From Enterobacteriaceae bacterium UBA5654 (GTDB lineage Bacteria; Pseudomonadota; Gammaproteobacteria; Enterobacterales; Enterobacteriaceae), in NCBI GenBank assembly GCA_002421005.1, contig DIJC01000023.1:37735-69734 (forward strand): DNA of 32,000 nucleotides, in the 5' to 3' direction. The notes under the pieces were generated by a model. It did no database searches, was not told the origin of the DNA, and was given only the letters and a program-made list of their open reading frames with translations. Both the position numbers and the translations under genes were made by a program. Below are positions 1-9,303 of the stretch, in pieces. The stretch's first letter is position 1; every line of letters starts with the position of its first letter.

Positions 1-1232
1 GGGATAAACCGTGCCGTTAATATAGTTGTAGGTTAGGGCGCGCGTGTTCCCCGCGCGAGCGGGGATAAACCGGCGTCGGAAATGCTTCGTGATATGACTT
101 ATCGGTGTTCCCCGCGCGAGCGGGGATAAACCGCTCTCCAGCCTCAAGGGCGACCCGCTACAGGCGTGTTCCCCGCGCGAGCGGGGATAAACCGAGTCGG
201 GGTCTCGGGATGCTCAACGTTCCGATGTGTTCCCCGCGCGAGCGGGGATAAACCGGCGTATTATTGTGCGTTTTACGATTCTGATAAGTGTTCCCCGCGC
301 GAGCGGGGATAAACCGACATTATGAGTTTTTCTATATTCTCATCCTCAGTGTTCCCCGCGCGAGCGGGGATAAACCGTTAATCAAAAAGATTTACTCGAT
401 AACGGTTATGTGTTCCCCGCGCGAGCGGGGATAAACCGAAGGTTTATTCCGGTAGTTTTAATCGTATCCCGTGTTCCCCGCGCGAGCGGGGATAAACCGA
501 ATTTCACTCTCACCCCCTGATACGTGCCTGAGTGTTCCCCGCGCGAGCGTGGATAAACCTTTTATTTTTGATGTTAAGAATAAAATTGTTTCGTGTTCCC
601 CGCGCGAGCGGGGATAAACCGGAACATTTTGACCCACGGATATGTAACCACGTGTGTTCCCCGCACGAGCGGGGATAAACCGCCTGCTGTTAGTGCAACG
701 ACTAACGGCCACGCCGTGTTCCCCGCACGAGCGGGGATAAACCGGCTCCTGAACCCACGTTACCGCGTCCGCGTTCGTGTTCCCCGCACGAGCGGGGATA
801 AACCGCCCCCTGGCTAAATGGGTTGGTGAAAAGGCCGGTGTTCCCCGCACGAGCGGGGATAAACCGCTGACGGGAGTTCAATTGCCGGGAAAATGGGTGT
901 GTTCCCCGCACGAGCGGGGATAAACCGTTGGTGTCGCTGGCTGTAAACGATCCGAATTCGTGTTCCCCGCGCGAGCGGGGATAAACCGAGTGGCGCGTGA
1001 TCAGCTTCCCGATGGAAGCCGTGTTCCCCGCGCGAGCGGGGATAAACCGTGTGGGCCATCTTTCAGCGTCTTCCAGCCACCGTGTTCCCCGCGCGAGCGG
1101 GGATAAACCGAAAGACAAGGCGAAAAGCGACAGCGAGTGGGGTTGTTCCCCGCGCAAGCGGGAGTAAACCTGGCAAGAAAAGAAGGACGGGGCGAAACAA
1201 TACGTGTTCCCCCGCTGAGGCAAAAATAAACC
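1..1232 (+). CRISPR. Type I-E CRISPR array, trailer-proximal part (continues upstream of the window)
   Basis: Partial repeat at 1-11, then 20 repeats starting at 44,105,166,227,288,349,410,471,532,593,654,716,777,838,899,960,1021,1082,1143,1204. Consensus GTGTTCCCCGCGCGAGCGGGGATAAACCG (29 nt, stem CCCCGC/GCGGGG). Twenty spacers of 32 nt, one of 33 nt (683-715). The last two repeats (1143, 1204) are progressively degenerate, marking the trailer end, so the leader lies left of the window. Confidence 0.97.
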
Positions 1233-1346
1233 CAACCAACCCCGTTAAGCCCGACTTCTGGCACGAACATTTCGATCCATACCCGGCCGTGGTTTACCAC
1301 AGATGCCTTACATCTGTAGCAGGATTATAAGCAAGCAGCCCCGCCA

Positions 1347-1715
1347 TTACTCGCCGCGATAAATACACCCTGCCGTACAGGTTTCTTTCACCATCACCGC
1401 GCTTAGCAACGGTACGACGGGCTTAACCTGATCCCAGATCCACTTTGCCAGCACTTCGCTGGTGGGATTGGAAAGACCTGGAATATCATTCAGATAGTAG
1501 TGATCCAGGCGATCGTAAGTCGGCTTAAACGCCGCTTTCAGTTCAGCAAAATCGATAATCCAGCCGGTATGCGGATCGACTTCACCGGTAATTTCAAGGC
1601 GCACCATAAAGGAGTGTCCGTGCAGACGACCGCATTTGTGGCCTTCCGGGACGTGCGGCAGATGGTGGGCGGCTTCAAAGGTGAAATCTTTAAACAACGT
1701 GGTGGACATGATCAA
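1347..1715 (-). CDS. queD: 6-carboxy-5,6,7,8-tetrahydropterin synthase (queuosine biosynthesis)
   Basis: 122-aa [39 protein letters not shown]...[10 protein letters not shown], near-identical to E. coli QueD/YgcM as I recall it. The true start may be the ATG at 1709. Confidence 0.9.
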   Translation of the reverse strand: MIMSTTLFKDFTFEAAHHLPHVPEGHKCGRLHGHSFMVRLEITGEVDPHTGWIIDFAELKAAFKPTYDRLDHYYLNDIPGLSNPTSEVLAKWIWDQVKPVVPLLSAVMVKETCTAGCIYRGE

Positions 1716-2011
1716 CTCTCAGGCTTACGAAAAACCGCCGCATAGTACCGGAAAGTACATTTTTTAGCATTAACTAAAATGGCCGCCGTGTGCAGGCCAC
1801 AAAAATCATCGCGCGAATGCAATTTTTTACTTTATAAATCAAGTGGTTATTCAATCGTTTTTATTGTTAATAACTATCTGTAAATAAGGTTAGTCCTTTT
1901 GGTTATTTATTATTTCCATCCCGTCTTTAATTGTTATTATCCAGGTCGTTAACCTTACATTCTCTTCTGTTTTTCGTTGAAAACAGCTTTGCTACTGGAA
2001 CATAACGACGC
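1716..2011. promoter_or_regulatory. Divergent queD/cysJ intergenic region; expected cysJIH (CysB-dependent) promoter region
   Basis: 296-bp non-coding, strongly AT-rich stretch (about 1840-1980) directly upstream of cysJ. The promoter assignment comes from knowledge of the cysJIH operon; no hexamers were mapped. Confidence 0.3.
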
Positions 2012-3817
2012 ATGACGACTCAGGCCCCACCTTCCGCTTTGCTTCCGCTGACCCCGGAGCAGATGGCGCGCCTTCAGGCGGCCACCACCGATCTAACACC
2101 GACCCAGCTTGCGTGGGTATCCGGCTATTTTTGGGGCGTGCTGAATCAGCAACCCGGTGCCGCAGTAGCCACGCCTGCGCCGGTTGCTGAAACCACCACC
2201 ATTACCCTGCTGTCGGCTTCGCAAACCGGCAACGCGCGCCGGGTAGCGGAAGCGCTGCGTGACGATCTGCTGGCGGCAAAACTTAACGTGAACCTGGTCA
2301 ACGCGGGCGACTATAAATTCAAACAAATCGCCAGTGAAAAACTGCTCGTCGTTATCGCCTCCACGCAAGGGGAAGGGGAGCCGCCGGAAGAAGCGGTTGC
2401 CCTGCATAAATTCCTCACCTCTAAAAAAGCACCTAAGCTCAACAATACCGCCTTTGCCGTCTTTGGCCTTGGCGACACCTCCTACGAATTTTTCTGCCAG
2501 TGCGGGAAAGATTTTGATAGCAAACTGGCGGAGCTGGGCGGTGAACGCTTGCTGGACCGCGTCGATGCCGACGTTGAATACCAGAATGCCGCCGCCGAAT
2601 GGCGTGCGCGCGTGGTCGATGTCCTCAAATCCCGCGTGCCGAAAGAGACGCCTGCACAGGCGGCCGTCACTGCGACCGGCGCGGTGAACGACGTCCACTC
2701 CAGCCCCTATACGAAAGAAGAACCGCTGACCGCGACGCTGGCTGTGAATCAGAAAATCACCGGCCGCGACTCACAAAAAGATGTGCGCCATATTGAAATC
2801 GACCTCGGTGACGCCGGGCTGCGCTATCAGCCGGGCGACGCGCTGGGCGTGTGGTATCAGAACGATCCGGCACTGGTCAAAGAGCTGGTCGAGCTGCTGT
2901 GGTTGAAAGGCGATGAACCGGTGACGGTCGACGGGAAAACTCTGCCGCTGGCAGAAGCGCTGGAGTGGCATTTTGAGCTGACGGTTAACACCGCCAACAT
3001 CGTCGAGAACTACGCCACGCTGTCTCGCAGTGAAACGCTGCTGCCGCTGGCGGGCGATAAAACCCAGCTTCAGCACTATGCGGCGACTACCCCGATTGTC
3101 GATATGGTGCGCTTTTCCCCCGCGCAGCTGGATGCCGACACCTTAATTGGCCTGCTGCGTCCGCTGACGCCGCGCCTCTACTCCATCGCCTCGTCGCAGG
3201 CGGAAGTGGAGAACGAGGTGCATATCACCGTCGGCGCAGTGCGTTATGACATCGAAGGCCGTGCCCGTGCGGGTGGCGCATCCAGCTTCCTCGCCGATCG
3301 CGTCGAAGAAGACGGCGAAATCCGCGTGTTCATTGAACATAACGATAACTTCCGTCTGCCCGCCAACCCGGAAACCCCGGTCATTATGATTGGCCCTGGT
3401 ACGGGCATCGCACCGTTCCGCGCCTTTATGCAGCAGCGTGCGGCGGATGAAGCGCCGGGCAAAAACTGGTTGTTCTTCGGCAACCCTCATTTCACCGAAG
3501 ATTTTCTCTATCAGGTGGAATGGCAGCGCTATGTTAAAGAGGGGGTACTAAGCCGTATCGATCTGGCCTGGTCCCGCGATCAAAAAGAAAAAGTCTATGT
3601 ACAGGACAAACTGCGCGAACAGGGCGCAGAACTGTGGCGCTGGATCAATGACGGCGCGCACATTTATGTCTGCGGCGACGCCAATCGCATGGCGAAAGAC
3701 GTTGAGCAGGCGTTGCTGGAAGTGATTGCTGAATTCGGCGGTATGGATGTCGAATCGGCGGATGAATTTTTAAGTGAGCTGCGCGTAGAGCGCCGTTATC
3801 AGCGAGATGTCTACTAA
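2012..3817 (+). CDS. cysJ: Sulfite reductase [NADPH] flavoprotein alpha component
   Basis: 601-aa ORF with a flavodoxin-like N-terminal half and an FAD/NADPH reductase C-terminus ([18 protein letters not shown], ...RYQRDVY). The stop overlaps the cysI ATG (TAATG). Confidence 0.96.
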   Translation: MTTQAPPSALLPLTPEQMARLQAATTDLTPTQLAWVSGYFWGVLNQQPGAAVATPAPVAETTTITLLSASQTGNARRVAEALRDDLLAAKLNVNLVNAGDYKFKQIASEKLLVVIASTQGEGEPPEEAVALHKFLTSKKAPKLNNTAFAVFGLGDTSYEFFCQCGKDFDSKLAELGGERLLDRVDADVEYQNAAAEWRARVVDVLKSRVPKETPAQAAVTATGAVNDVHSSPYTKEEPLTATLAVNQKITGRDSQKDVRHIEIDLGDAGLRYQPGDALGVWYQNDPALVKELVELLWLKGDEPVTVDGKTLPLAEALEWHFELTVNTANIVENYATLSRSETLLPLAGDKTQLQHYAATTPIVDMVRFSPAQLDADTLIGLLRPLTPRLYSIASSQAEVENEVHITVGAVRYDIEGRARAGGASSFLADRVEEDGEIRVFIEHNDNFRLPANPETPVIMIGPGTGIAPFRAFMQQRAADEAPGKNWLFFGNPHFTEDFLYQVEWQRYVKEGVLSRIDLAWSRDQKEKVYVQDKLREQGAELWRWINDGAHIYVCGDANRMAKDVEQALLEVIAEFGGMDVESADEFLSELRVERRYQRDVY

Positions 3818-5529
3818 TGAGCGAAAAACATCCAGGCCCACTGGTGGTCGAAGGCAAACTGGTCGATGCCGAGCGCATGAAGCTGGAAAGCAACTACCTG
3901 CGTGGCACCATTGCCGAAGATTTAAATGACGGTCTGACCGGCGGCTTCAAAGGCGATAACTTCCTGCTGATCCGCTTTCACGGGATGTATCAGCAGGATG
4001 ACCGCGATATCCGCGCCGAACGCGCCGAGCAGAAACTGGAACCGCGCCATGCGATGATGCTGCGCTGCCGTCTGCCAGGTGGGGTGATCACCACCAAACA
4101 GTGGCAGGCGATGGATACATTCGCCGACGACAACACCCTTTACGGCAGTATTCGCCTGACTAACCGTCAGACGTTTCAGTTCCACGGCATTCTGAAGAAG
4201 CACGTCAAACCGGTACACCAGTTGCTGCATTCGGTCGGGCTGGATGCGCTGGCGACCGCCAACGACGTAAACCGTAACGTGCTGTGTACGTCCAACCCGT
4301 ATGAGTCTGAGTTACACGCGCAAGCCTACGAGTGGGCGAAAAAAATCTCCGAGCATCTGCTGCCGCGCACCCGCGCCTATGCGGAGATCTGGCTCGATCA
4401 GGAAAAAGTCGCCACGACCGATGAAGAGCCGATCCTCGGTCAGACCTATCTGCCGCGTAAGTTTAAAACCACGGTGGTGATCCCGCCGCAGAACGATATC
4501 GATCTGCACGCCAACGACATGAACTTTGTCGCGGTGGCGGAGAACGGCAAACTGGTCGGCTTCAACCTGCTGGTGGGCGGCGGTCTTTCCATTGAGCACG
4601 GCAACAAAAAAACCTACGCCCGTACCGCAAGCGAGTTTGGTTATCTGCCGCTGGAGCACACGCTGGCGGTGGCGGAAGCGGTGGTCACCACCCAGCGCGA
4701 CTGGGGCAACCGTACCGACCGTAAAAACGCCAAAACCAAATACACGCTGGAACGCGTGGGCGTTGAGACATTTAAAGCGGAAGTGGAACGCCGCGCGGGC
4801 ATTACGTTCGAACCGATCCGCCCGTATGAGTTCACCGGGCGCGGGGATCGCATTGGCTGGGTAAAAGGCATCGACAATAAATGGCACCTGACGCTGTTTA
4901 TCGAGAACGGTCGTATTCTGGATTATCCGGGTCGTCCGCTGAAAACCGGGCTGCTGGAGATCGCCAAAGTCCACAAAGGCGAGTTCCGCATTACCGCTAA
5001 CCAGAACCTGATTGTTGCTGGCGTCCCCGACAGCCAGAAGAACAAAATCGAAAAGCTGGCCCGCGAGCATGGCCTGATGAACGCAGTGACGCCGCAGCGT
5101 GAAAACTCTATGGCCTGCGTGTCGTTCCCCACCTGCCCGCTGGCGATGGCGGAAGCGGAACGTTTTCTGCCGTCGTTCACCGATAAAGTGGAAACGATTC
5201 TGGAAAAACACGGTATTCCTGACGAGCATATTGTGATGCGCGTCACCGGCTGCCCGAACGGCTGCGGACGCGCGATGCTGGCCGAGCTGGGGCTGATCGG
5301 CAAAGCGCCGGGTCGCTACAATGTGCATCTTGGCGGCAACCGCATCGGTACGCGCATTCCGCGCATGTACCGGGAAAATATTACCGAACCCGAAATTCTC
5401 GACACTATCGACGAGTTAGTCGGGCGCTGGGCAAAAGAGCGCGAAGCGGGTGAAGGCTTCGGCGATTTTACGGTGCGTGCGGGCATCGTGCGCCCGGTGC
5501 TCGATCCCGCCAGGGATTTATGGGACTAA
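3817..5529 (+). CDS. cysI: Sulfite reductase [NADPH] hemoprotein beta component
   Basis: 570-aa [18 protein letters not shown]... with the siroheme/4Fe-4S cysteine motifs ([25 protein letters not shown]). Confidence 0.96.
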   Translation: MSEKHPGPLVVEGKLVDAERMKLESNYLRGTIAEDLNDGLTGGFKGDNFLLIRFHGMYQQDDRDIRAERAEQKLEPRHAMMLRCRLPGGVITTKQWQAMDTFADDNTLYGSIRLTNRQTFQFHGILKKHVKPVHQLLHSVGLDALATANDVNRNVLCTSNPYESELHAQAYEWAKKISEHLLPRTRAYAEIWLDQEKVATTDEEPILGQTYLPRKFKTTVVIPPQNDIDLHANDMNFVAVAENGKLVGFNLLVGGGLSIEHGNKKTYARTASEFGYLPLEHTLAVAEAVVTTQRDWGNRTDRKNAKTKYTLERVGVETFKAEVERRAGITFEPIRPYEFTGRGDRIGWVKGIDNKWHLTLFIENGRILDYPGRPLKTGLLEIAKVHKGEFRITANQNLIVAGVPDSQKNKIEKLAREHGLMNAVTPQRENSMACVSFPTCPLAMAEAERFLPSFTDKVETILEKHGIPDEHIVMRVTGCPNGCGRAMLAELGLIGKAPGRYNVHLGGNRIGTRIPRMYRENITEPEILDTIDELVGRWAKEREAGEGFGDFTVRAGIVRPVLDPARDLWD

Positions 5530-5534
5530 CCCTT

Positions 5535-5558
5535 TTCCCTCTCCTGCGGGAGAGGGAA
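5535..5558 (+). other. Perfect 10-bp hairpin in the cysI-cysH spacer
   Basis: TTCCCTCTCC-TGCG-GGAGAGGGAA, 6 nt after the cysI stop. No U-tract follows, so it is more likely an intra-operon RNA structure than a terminator. Confidence 0.6.
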
Positions 5559-5577
5559 CCCGACTAAAGAGGTCACT

Positions 5578-6312
5578 ATGTCCGTACTTAATCTGAATGC
5601 GCTGAACGAGTTAGCCAAAGACGAGCGCGCGCAGGCGCTGGCCGACACCAACGCCCAACTGGAGCAGCGCAGTGCTGAAGAGCGCGTGGCGTGGGCGCTG
5701 GAAAATTTGCCCGGTGAATATGTGCTCTCATCGAGCTTCGGCATCCAGGCAGCGGTCAGCCTGCATCTGGTAAATCAGGTAAGCCCGAATATCCCGGTGA
5801 TCCTTACCGATACCGGCTATCTGTTCCCGGAAACCTACCGTTTTATTGATGAGTTAACGGATAAACTCAACCTCAATCTGAAAGTGTATCGCGCCCGGGA
5901 AAGCGCGGCCTGGCAGGAAGCGCGCTACGGCAAACTGTGGGAGCAGGGTGTCGAAGGGATCGAGAAGTACAACGACATCAATAAAGTTGAGCCGATGAAC
6001 CGCGCGCTTGCCGATCTCAACGCGCAAACCTGGTTTGCGGGCCTGCGCCGCGAGCAGTCCGGCAGCCGCGCCAGCCTGCCGGTGCTGGGCATTCAGCGCG
6101 GCGTATTTAAAGTCCTGCCCATCATCGACTGGGATAACCGCACGGTATATCAGTACCTGCAAAAACATGGTCTGAAGTACCATCCGCTATGGGATGAAGG
6201 CTATTTGTCGGTGGGCGACACGCATACCACCCGCAAATGGGAGCCGGGCATGGCAGAGGAAGACACGCGCTTCTTTGGCCTGAAGCGCGAGTGCGGGCTG
6301 CACGAGGGGTGA
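5578..6312 (+). CDS. cysH: Phosphoadenosine phosphosulfate (PAPS) reductase
   Basis: 244-aa ORF ending ...[14 protein letters not shown] (conserved ECGLH motif). An AGAGG Shine-Dalgarno (SD) sequence lies upstream. Confidence 0.95.
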   Translation: MSVLNLNALNELAKDERAQALADTNAQLEQRSAEERVAWALENLPGEYVLSSSFGIQAAVSLHLVNQVSPNIPVILTDTGYLFPETYRFIDELTDKLNLNLKVYRARESAAWQEARYGKLWEQGVEGIEKYNDINKVEPMNRALADLNAQTWFAGLRREQSGSRASLPVLGIQRGVFKVLPIIDWDNRTVYQYLQKHGLKYHPLWDEGYLSVGDTHTTRKWEPGMAEEDTRFFGLKRECGLHEG

Positions 6313-6362
6313 CCGGACGGTATCAGGGCACAGCAATGCGCCCTTGAGTCATTTTAAATCGG

Positions 6363-9062
6363 TTATCCCGTTAAGCCCGCGCGTTTACTGTAATAGCGGG
6401 CTTCTCCGCTATTTGATACCAGCACAATCTGTCCTTTCGGGCGATGATACTTTTGTCGGAACTGCTCCAGTTTTTCTTCATCGGGGAGGTTGAATTCCCC
6501 GGCATTTTTTCGCCACCACGAGATCCGCACCGACAACCGGCTCATTTCCCAACGGAAATCGCCCTCTGTGACCGCAGGATGCAGTGTGCCTTCTTCATCC
6601 TGCCAGGCGAGATAGAGATCCACGCTCTCTTCGCCCAGACGAGTAGAAAACTCCCTGTCGTTACTCCATAAAAAGTCGCTGGCTTCCCGATCGTAGCCTT
6701 TATCATGACGCAGCAGATTCTGCGCGGCGACGGAGCGTTGGCTAAGCACTTTGCCGAATGCTAAATCGGAAAGCGTTTGCAGCCCAGCGGGGGCGGGCAG
6801 GGTTTGCTCATAAACGCCGTCTACCAGGTGGCGGGCATTTTCCGGCATCCGAATTTCACCGTATTGTCGCAGCAGAGCCTGCGTCCGCCACAGACAGGCA
6901 TGATCGGCATACACATAGCCAGTGCCGCGAAGCTCCTGGCCCAGCCATCCCGGTTTCGCCTGCGCCTGCCACTCTGGGGCTAAAATGTGCAATACTGGCG
7001 GCTGGCGCTCATCAGGCAGCGCCGTTTTACGCTCACCGTGAGCATCGCGAATATGCCGCTGTAATCTCCCGGCGCGCTGGATCAGTAAATCAATCGGGGC
7101 CAGATCGGAGATCATCCAGTCAAAATCGAGATCGAGACTTTGTTCAACAACCTGCGTGGCGATAAGTACCTTTCCCTTACGCCCTGAAGCGGGCGCGTGA
7201 TGACCGAACCACTCCAGCGTTTTATTCTCAATCGCCAGTCGGTCGGCGAAGGCAAACCGGCTATGAAACAACAAAAGATCCTGTTCAGGAATGAGGCCTT
7301 CCTCCAGTAGTTGCTGAAATATTTCCCGCGCATCATCCACGGTATTACGGATCCAACACACGCATTGCCCGGCTTCCACCACGCGGTAAATAGTGTCGAT
7401 CGCCTCGCTTCGCTGCTGAAGCCAGTTAATCGCAACGCTGCGCCGTACTTCAGGGCGCGTTGCCAGCGGCTGTTCTGCCAGTCCTGCGGCGGACAGATGG
7501 GTCAGCCACGGATAATCTGCCTCACTGCTGGCATCCGTGCTGGAAAATCCTGCGCCCTCATTGAATGCAATGAGCAATCTTTCCCGCAGCGTGGCGGGGA
7601 GGGTGGCGCTCAGAATAATCGCGCTGCCGCCCTGCGAGGCATGAAAGCGCAACAGTCCCTCCAGCAATTTCACCATATAGCCGTCGTAAGCGTGGACTTC
7701 GTCCAGCAACAGAATTTTGCCGCACATGCCTAACAGCCGGAGCGACTGATGGCGAAAAGGCATGACCGCCATCAGTAGCTGGTCGAGCGTGCCGACCCCC
7801 ACTTCTGCCAGCAGCGCTTTTTTACGTGAGTCGGCAAACCAGGCGTGGCATTCACTGGTCGCGCTGTCGTCATCGCGCGCGTAGTTATCACCCATCGTCT
7901 CTGACGGCTGCCAGATCGAGTGACGAAAAGCGTCCGACATTTCCCGTCCGCCGTGCGCCAGAAGCAATGAAGGTCGGGCACCATCGGCAAACAGTGCGTG
8001 GTAAGCCTCTGCCAGCCGTTTATACATGGCATTGGCAGTGGCCATTGTCGGCAACCCCACATAAAGCCCATGCCCTTTGTCAGCGGACATCAGGCGATGA
8101 GCAAGGATCAGCGCGGCTTCTGTTTTTCCTGCTCCTGTGACGTCTTCCAGTATCACGAGCTGCGGTCCGGGCGCAGAAATATCAAGCGTACTCGCCCGCT
8201 GCTGAAGGGGCGTCAGCGTCTGGATAAAAGGGAAAAGCGCATGGTGATCGATATACTGGCTGCGGGGCGATACCGGCGGCAGGCTGGCAAGCGCCCGTCG
8301 GGCTTTTTCGCAGGCCAGCGGCCAGTAATCCTTAAGCGGCATTGGCGTGCTAACCAGCGGAAACATTTCCTGATCCGAACCCATCCAGTCTGCCAGCGTC
8401 ATTATTCCGGCGAAAATCCAGCTTTGCTGTTTTAATTTCTTTTTGGCTGCTTTTGTTTTCCATGATTCAGGAAGCTGGAAAGGAAATAGCTTTATTAAGT
8501 CCTCAATGTAATGACCGGCTGCGACAATATCCTCATCAGTGAAAGCGAGTGAACTACCGTTTTTAAGTGTGTTGGGGGGGATGCCATGATGTCCGGTGCT
8601 CATTAACATCCAGGTATTTAATGCGCTCTTGAATTTTTCACGATTTTCTGGAGCGGGATAAGGGAGGATATTATTTTCGCCGTCGATCCATGCTTCTAAT
8701 AATAATTCCCATAAATAGAACCCCAGTGAATCATGTCTCTCAAGGGCTGCCACGCCGCTGACAGGCGGTACCAGCGGTGAATCCGGGAACGCAGCGTATT
8801 GCTGAAATCCTCTGGCAAATTTGCCGATGTCATGGCATGCAAAAAGCCAGGCGATATAATTTCCGACATCCTCACTGCTAATGTCACATTCAATCAATGT
8901 ATTTCTACAATTAAAAATATTGGCTTCGGTTATATAATATCCACAAGCGGCGACATCAAGGCAATGATATGGCAGTAAATGATAGGGATCATTGTTCTCG
9001 CTGGTTTCTTTATTTGTTTTACCCCAGTAACGGAGATAGTCAGGGATTATTATTGGTGCCAT
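6363..9062 (-). CDS. cas3: Type I-E Cas3 nuclease/helicase
   Basis: 899-aa ORF. The N-terminus has the HD nuclease signature (YWGK..., HCLDVAA, HDIGKF, TGHHG). It also has a DEAD/DEAH helicase core (GAGKTEA, LLDEVHAYD). Divergent from cas8e. Confidence 0.96.
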   Translation of the reverse strand: MAPIIIPDYLRYWGKTNKETSENNDPYHLLPYHCLDVAACGYYITEANIFNCRNTLIECDISSEDVGNYIAWLFACHDIGKFARGFQQYAAFPDSPLVPPVSGVAALERHDSLGFYLWELLLEAWIDGENNILPYPAPENREKFKSALNTWMLMSTGHHGIPPNTLKNGSSLAFTDEDIVAAGHYIEDLIKLFPFQLPESWKTKAAKKKLKQQSWIFAGIMTLADWMGSDQEMFPLVSTPMPLKDYWPLACEKARRALASLPPVSPRSQYIDHHALFPFIQTLTPLQQRASTLDISAPGPQLVILEDVTGAGKTEAALILAHRLMSADKGHGLYVGLPTMATANAMYKRLAEAYHALFADGARPSLLLAHGGREMSDAFRHSIWQPSETMGDNYARDDDSATSECHAWFADSRKKALLAEVGVGTLDQLLMAVMPFRHQSLRLLGMCGKILLLDEVHAYDGYMVKLLEGLLRFHASQGGSAIILSATLPATLRERLLIAFNEGAGFSSTDASSEADYPWLTHLSAAGLAEQPLATRPEVRRSVAINWLQQRSEAIDTIYRVVEAGQCVCWIRNTVDDAREIFQQLLEEGLIPEQDLLLFHSRFAFADRLAIENKTLEWFGHHAPASGRKGKVLIATQVVEQSLDLDFDWMISDLAPIDLLIQRAGRLQRHIRDAHGERKTALPDERQPPVLHILAPEWQAQAKPGWLGQELRGTGYVYADHACLWRTQALLRQYGEIRMPENARHLVDGVYEQTLPAPAGLQTLSDLAFGKVLSQRSVAAQNLLRHDKGYDREASDFLWSNDREFSTRLGEESVDLYLAWQDEEGTLHPAVTEGDFRWEMSRLSVRISWWRKNAGEFNLPDEEKLEQFRQKYHRPKGQIVLVSNSGEARYYSKRAGLTG

Positions 9063-9150
9063 ATTTTAATTCTCTGAAAAGGGGATATAGTAGAAGGGAT
9101 TTTAAAGCGAGAAAGGAAAAGTGGGCAGAGATTTTTGCAACCCAATCGAA

Positions 9151-9229
9151 AGAATTATCCCCGCTGACGCGGGGAACGTCGTATGAGGCGACCAGGTAGC
9201 CGGTTCATCCCCGCCGATGCAAGGAACAT
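9151..9229 (-). CRISPR. Degenerate two-repeat mini-array (psiR1 - 21-nt psiS - psiR2), candidate regulatory crRNA-like gene
   Basis: Minus strand: ATGTTCCTTGCATCGGCGGGGATGAACCG | GCTACCTGGTCGCCTCATACG | ACGTTCCCCGCGTCAGCGGGGATAATTCT. The repeats are 21/29 and 22/29 identical to the array repeat. The hairpin is kept in both (via G-U wobbles in psiR1) and the 5' handle is 7/8. Confidence 0.75.
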
Positions 9230-9279
9230 ACAGGCAAGAGAATAGCATAAGTCGTTAAATACTGTGTTCTGATTATTTT

Positions 9280-9303
9280 ACTATGAGGTATCCATGTAGC
9301 CTT
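9280..9303 (-). promoter_or_regulatory. Putative Cascade/psi-crRNA binding site 1 (AAG PAM + 15/21 match to psiS)
   Basis: Minus strand AAG|GCTACATGGATACCTCATAGT. Identical to psiS at positions 1-5, 7-9 and 13-19. Confidence 0.55.

Noticed and set aside
458-1330. Multiple overlapping ORFs on both strands with recurring FIPARAGNT / VYPRSRGEH / LSPLARGT / VFPARAGINR peptides
   Set aside because: These are translations of the 29-nt CRISPR repeat in different frames across array 1. The 61-nt periodicity and lack of stops create artefactual ORFs.
4312-5328. Long antisense ORFs inside cysI (338 aa), cysG/cysD (21291-22148), cysN (22239-23759, 506 aa), cysC (23591-24331), truD (26521-27117) and others
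   Set aside because: They lie opposite well-supported conserved genes and have Arg/Ala/Gly-rich low-complexity composition, typical of antisense frames of GC-rich, codon-biased genes.
6325-6344. Possible bidirectional terminator between convergent cysH and cas3 (AGGGCAC...GCGCCCT)
   Set aside because: The stem is short with a mismatch and there is no clear U-tract on either strand. Too weak to call.
9142-9176. Spacer 45 of array 2 (18372-18403) as a self-targeting spacer against the psiR2 region
   Set aside because: The similarity needs indels, the seed does not match, and the flanking triplet (AAC) is not AAG. It is not a functional self-target. It is kept only as evidence that the spacer came from a related repeat-bearing sequence.
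8969-9199. 76-aa plus-strand ORF ending ...KELSPLTRGTSYEATR across the cas3 start and the intergenic region
   Set aside because: It overlaps the cas3 N-terminus antisense. Its LSPLTRGT tail is simply the translated pseudo-repeat psiR2, which was useful only as a pointer to the mini-array.
9151-9229. Interpreting the two pseudo-repeats as a meaningless decayed remnant of an old array
   Set aside because: Considered but not favoured, for four reasons. The spacing is 21 nt rather than 32. Conservation is concentrated in the stem and handle. The wobble-compatible substitutions are strand-specific. Two PAM-flanked seed matches lie nearby. It remains the null hypothesis until comparative or RNA data exist.
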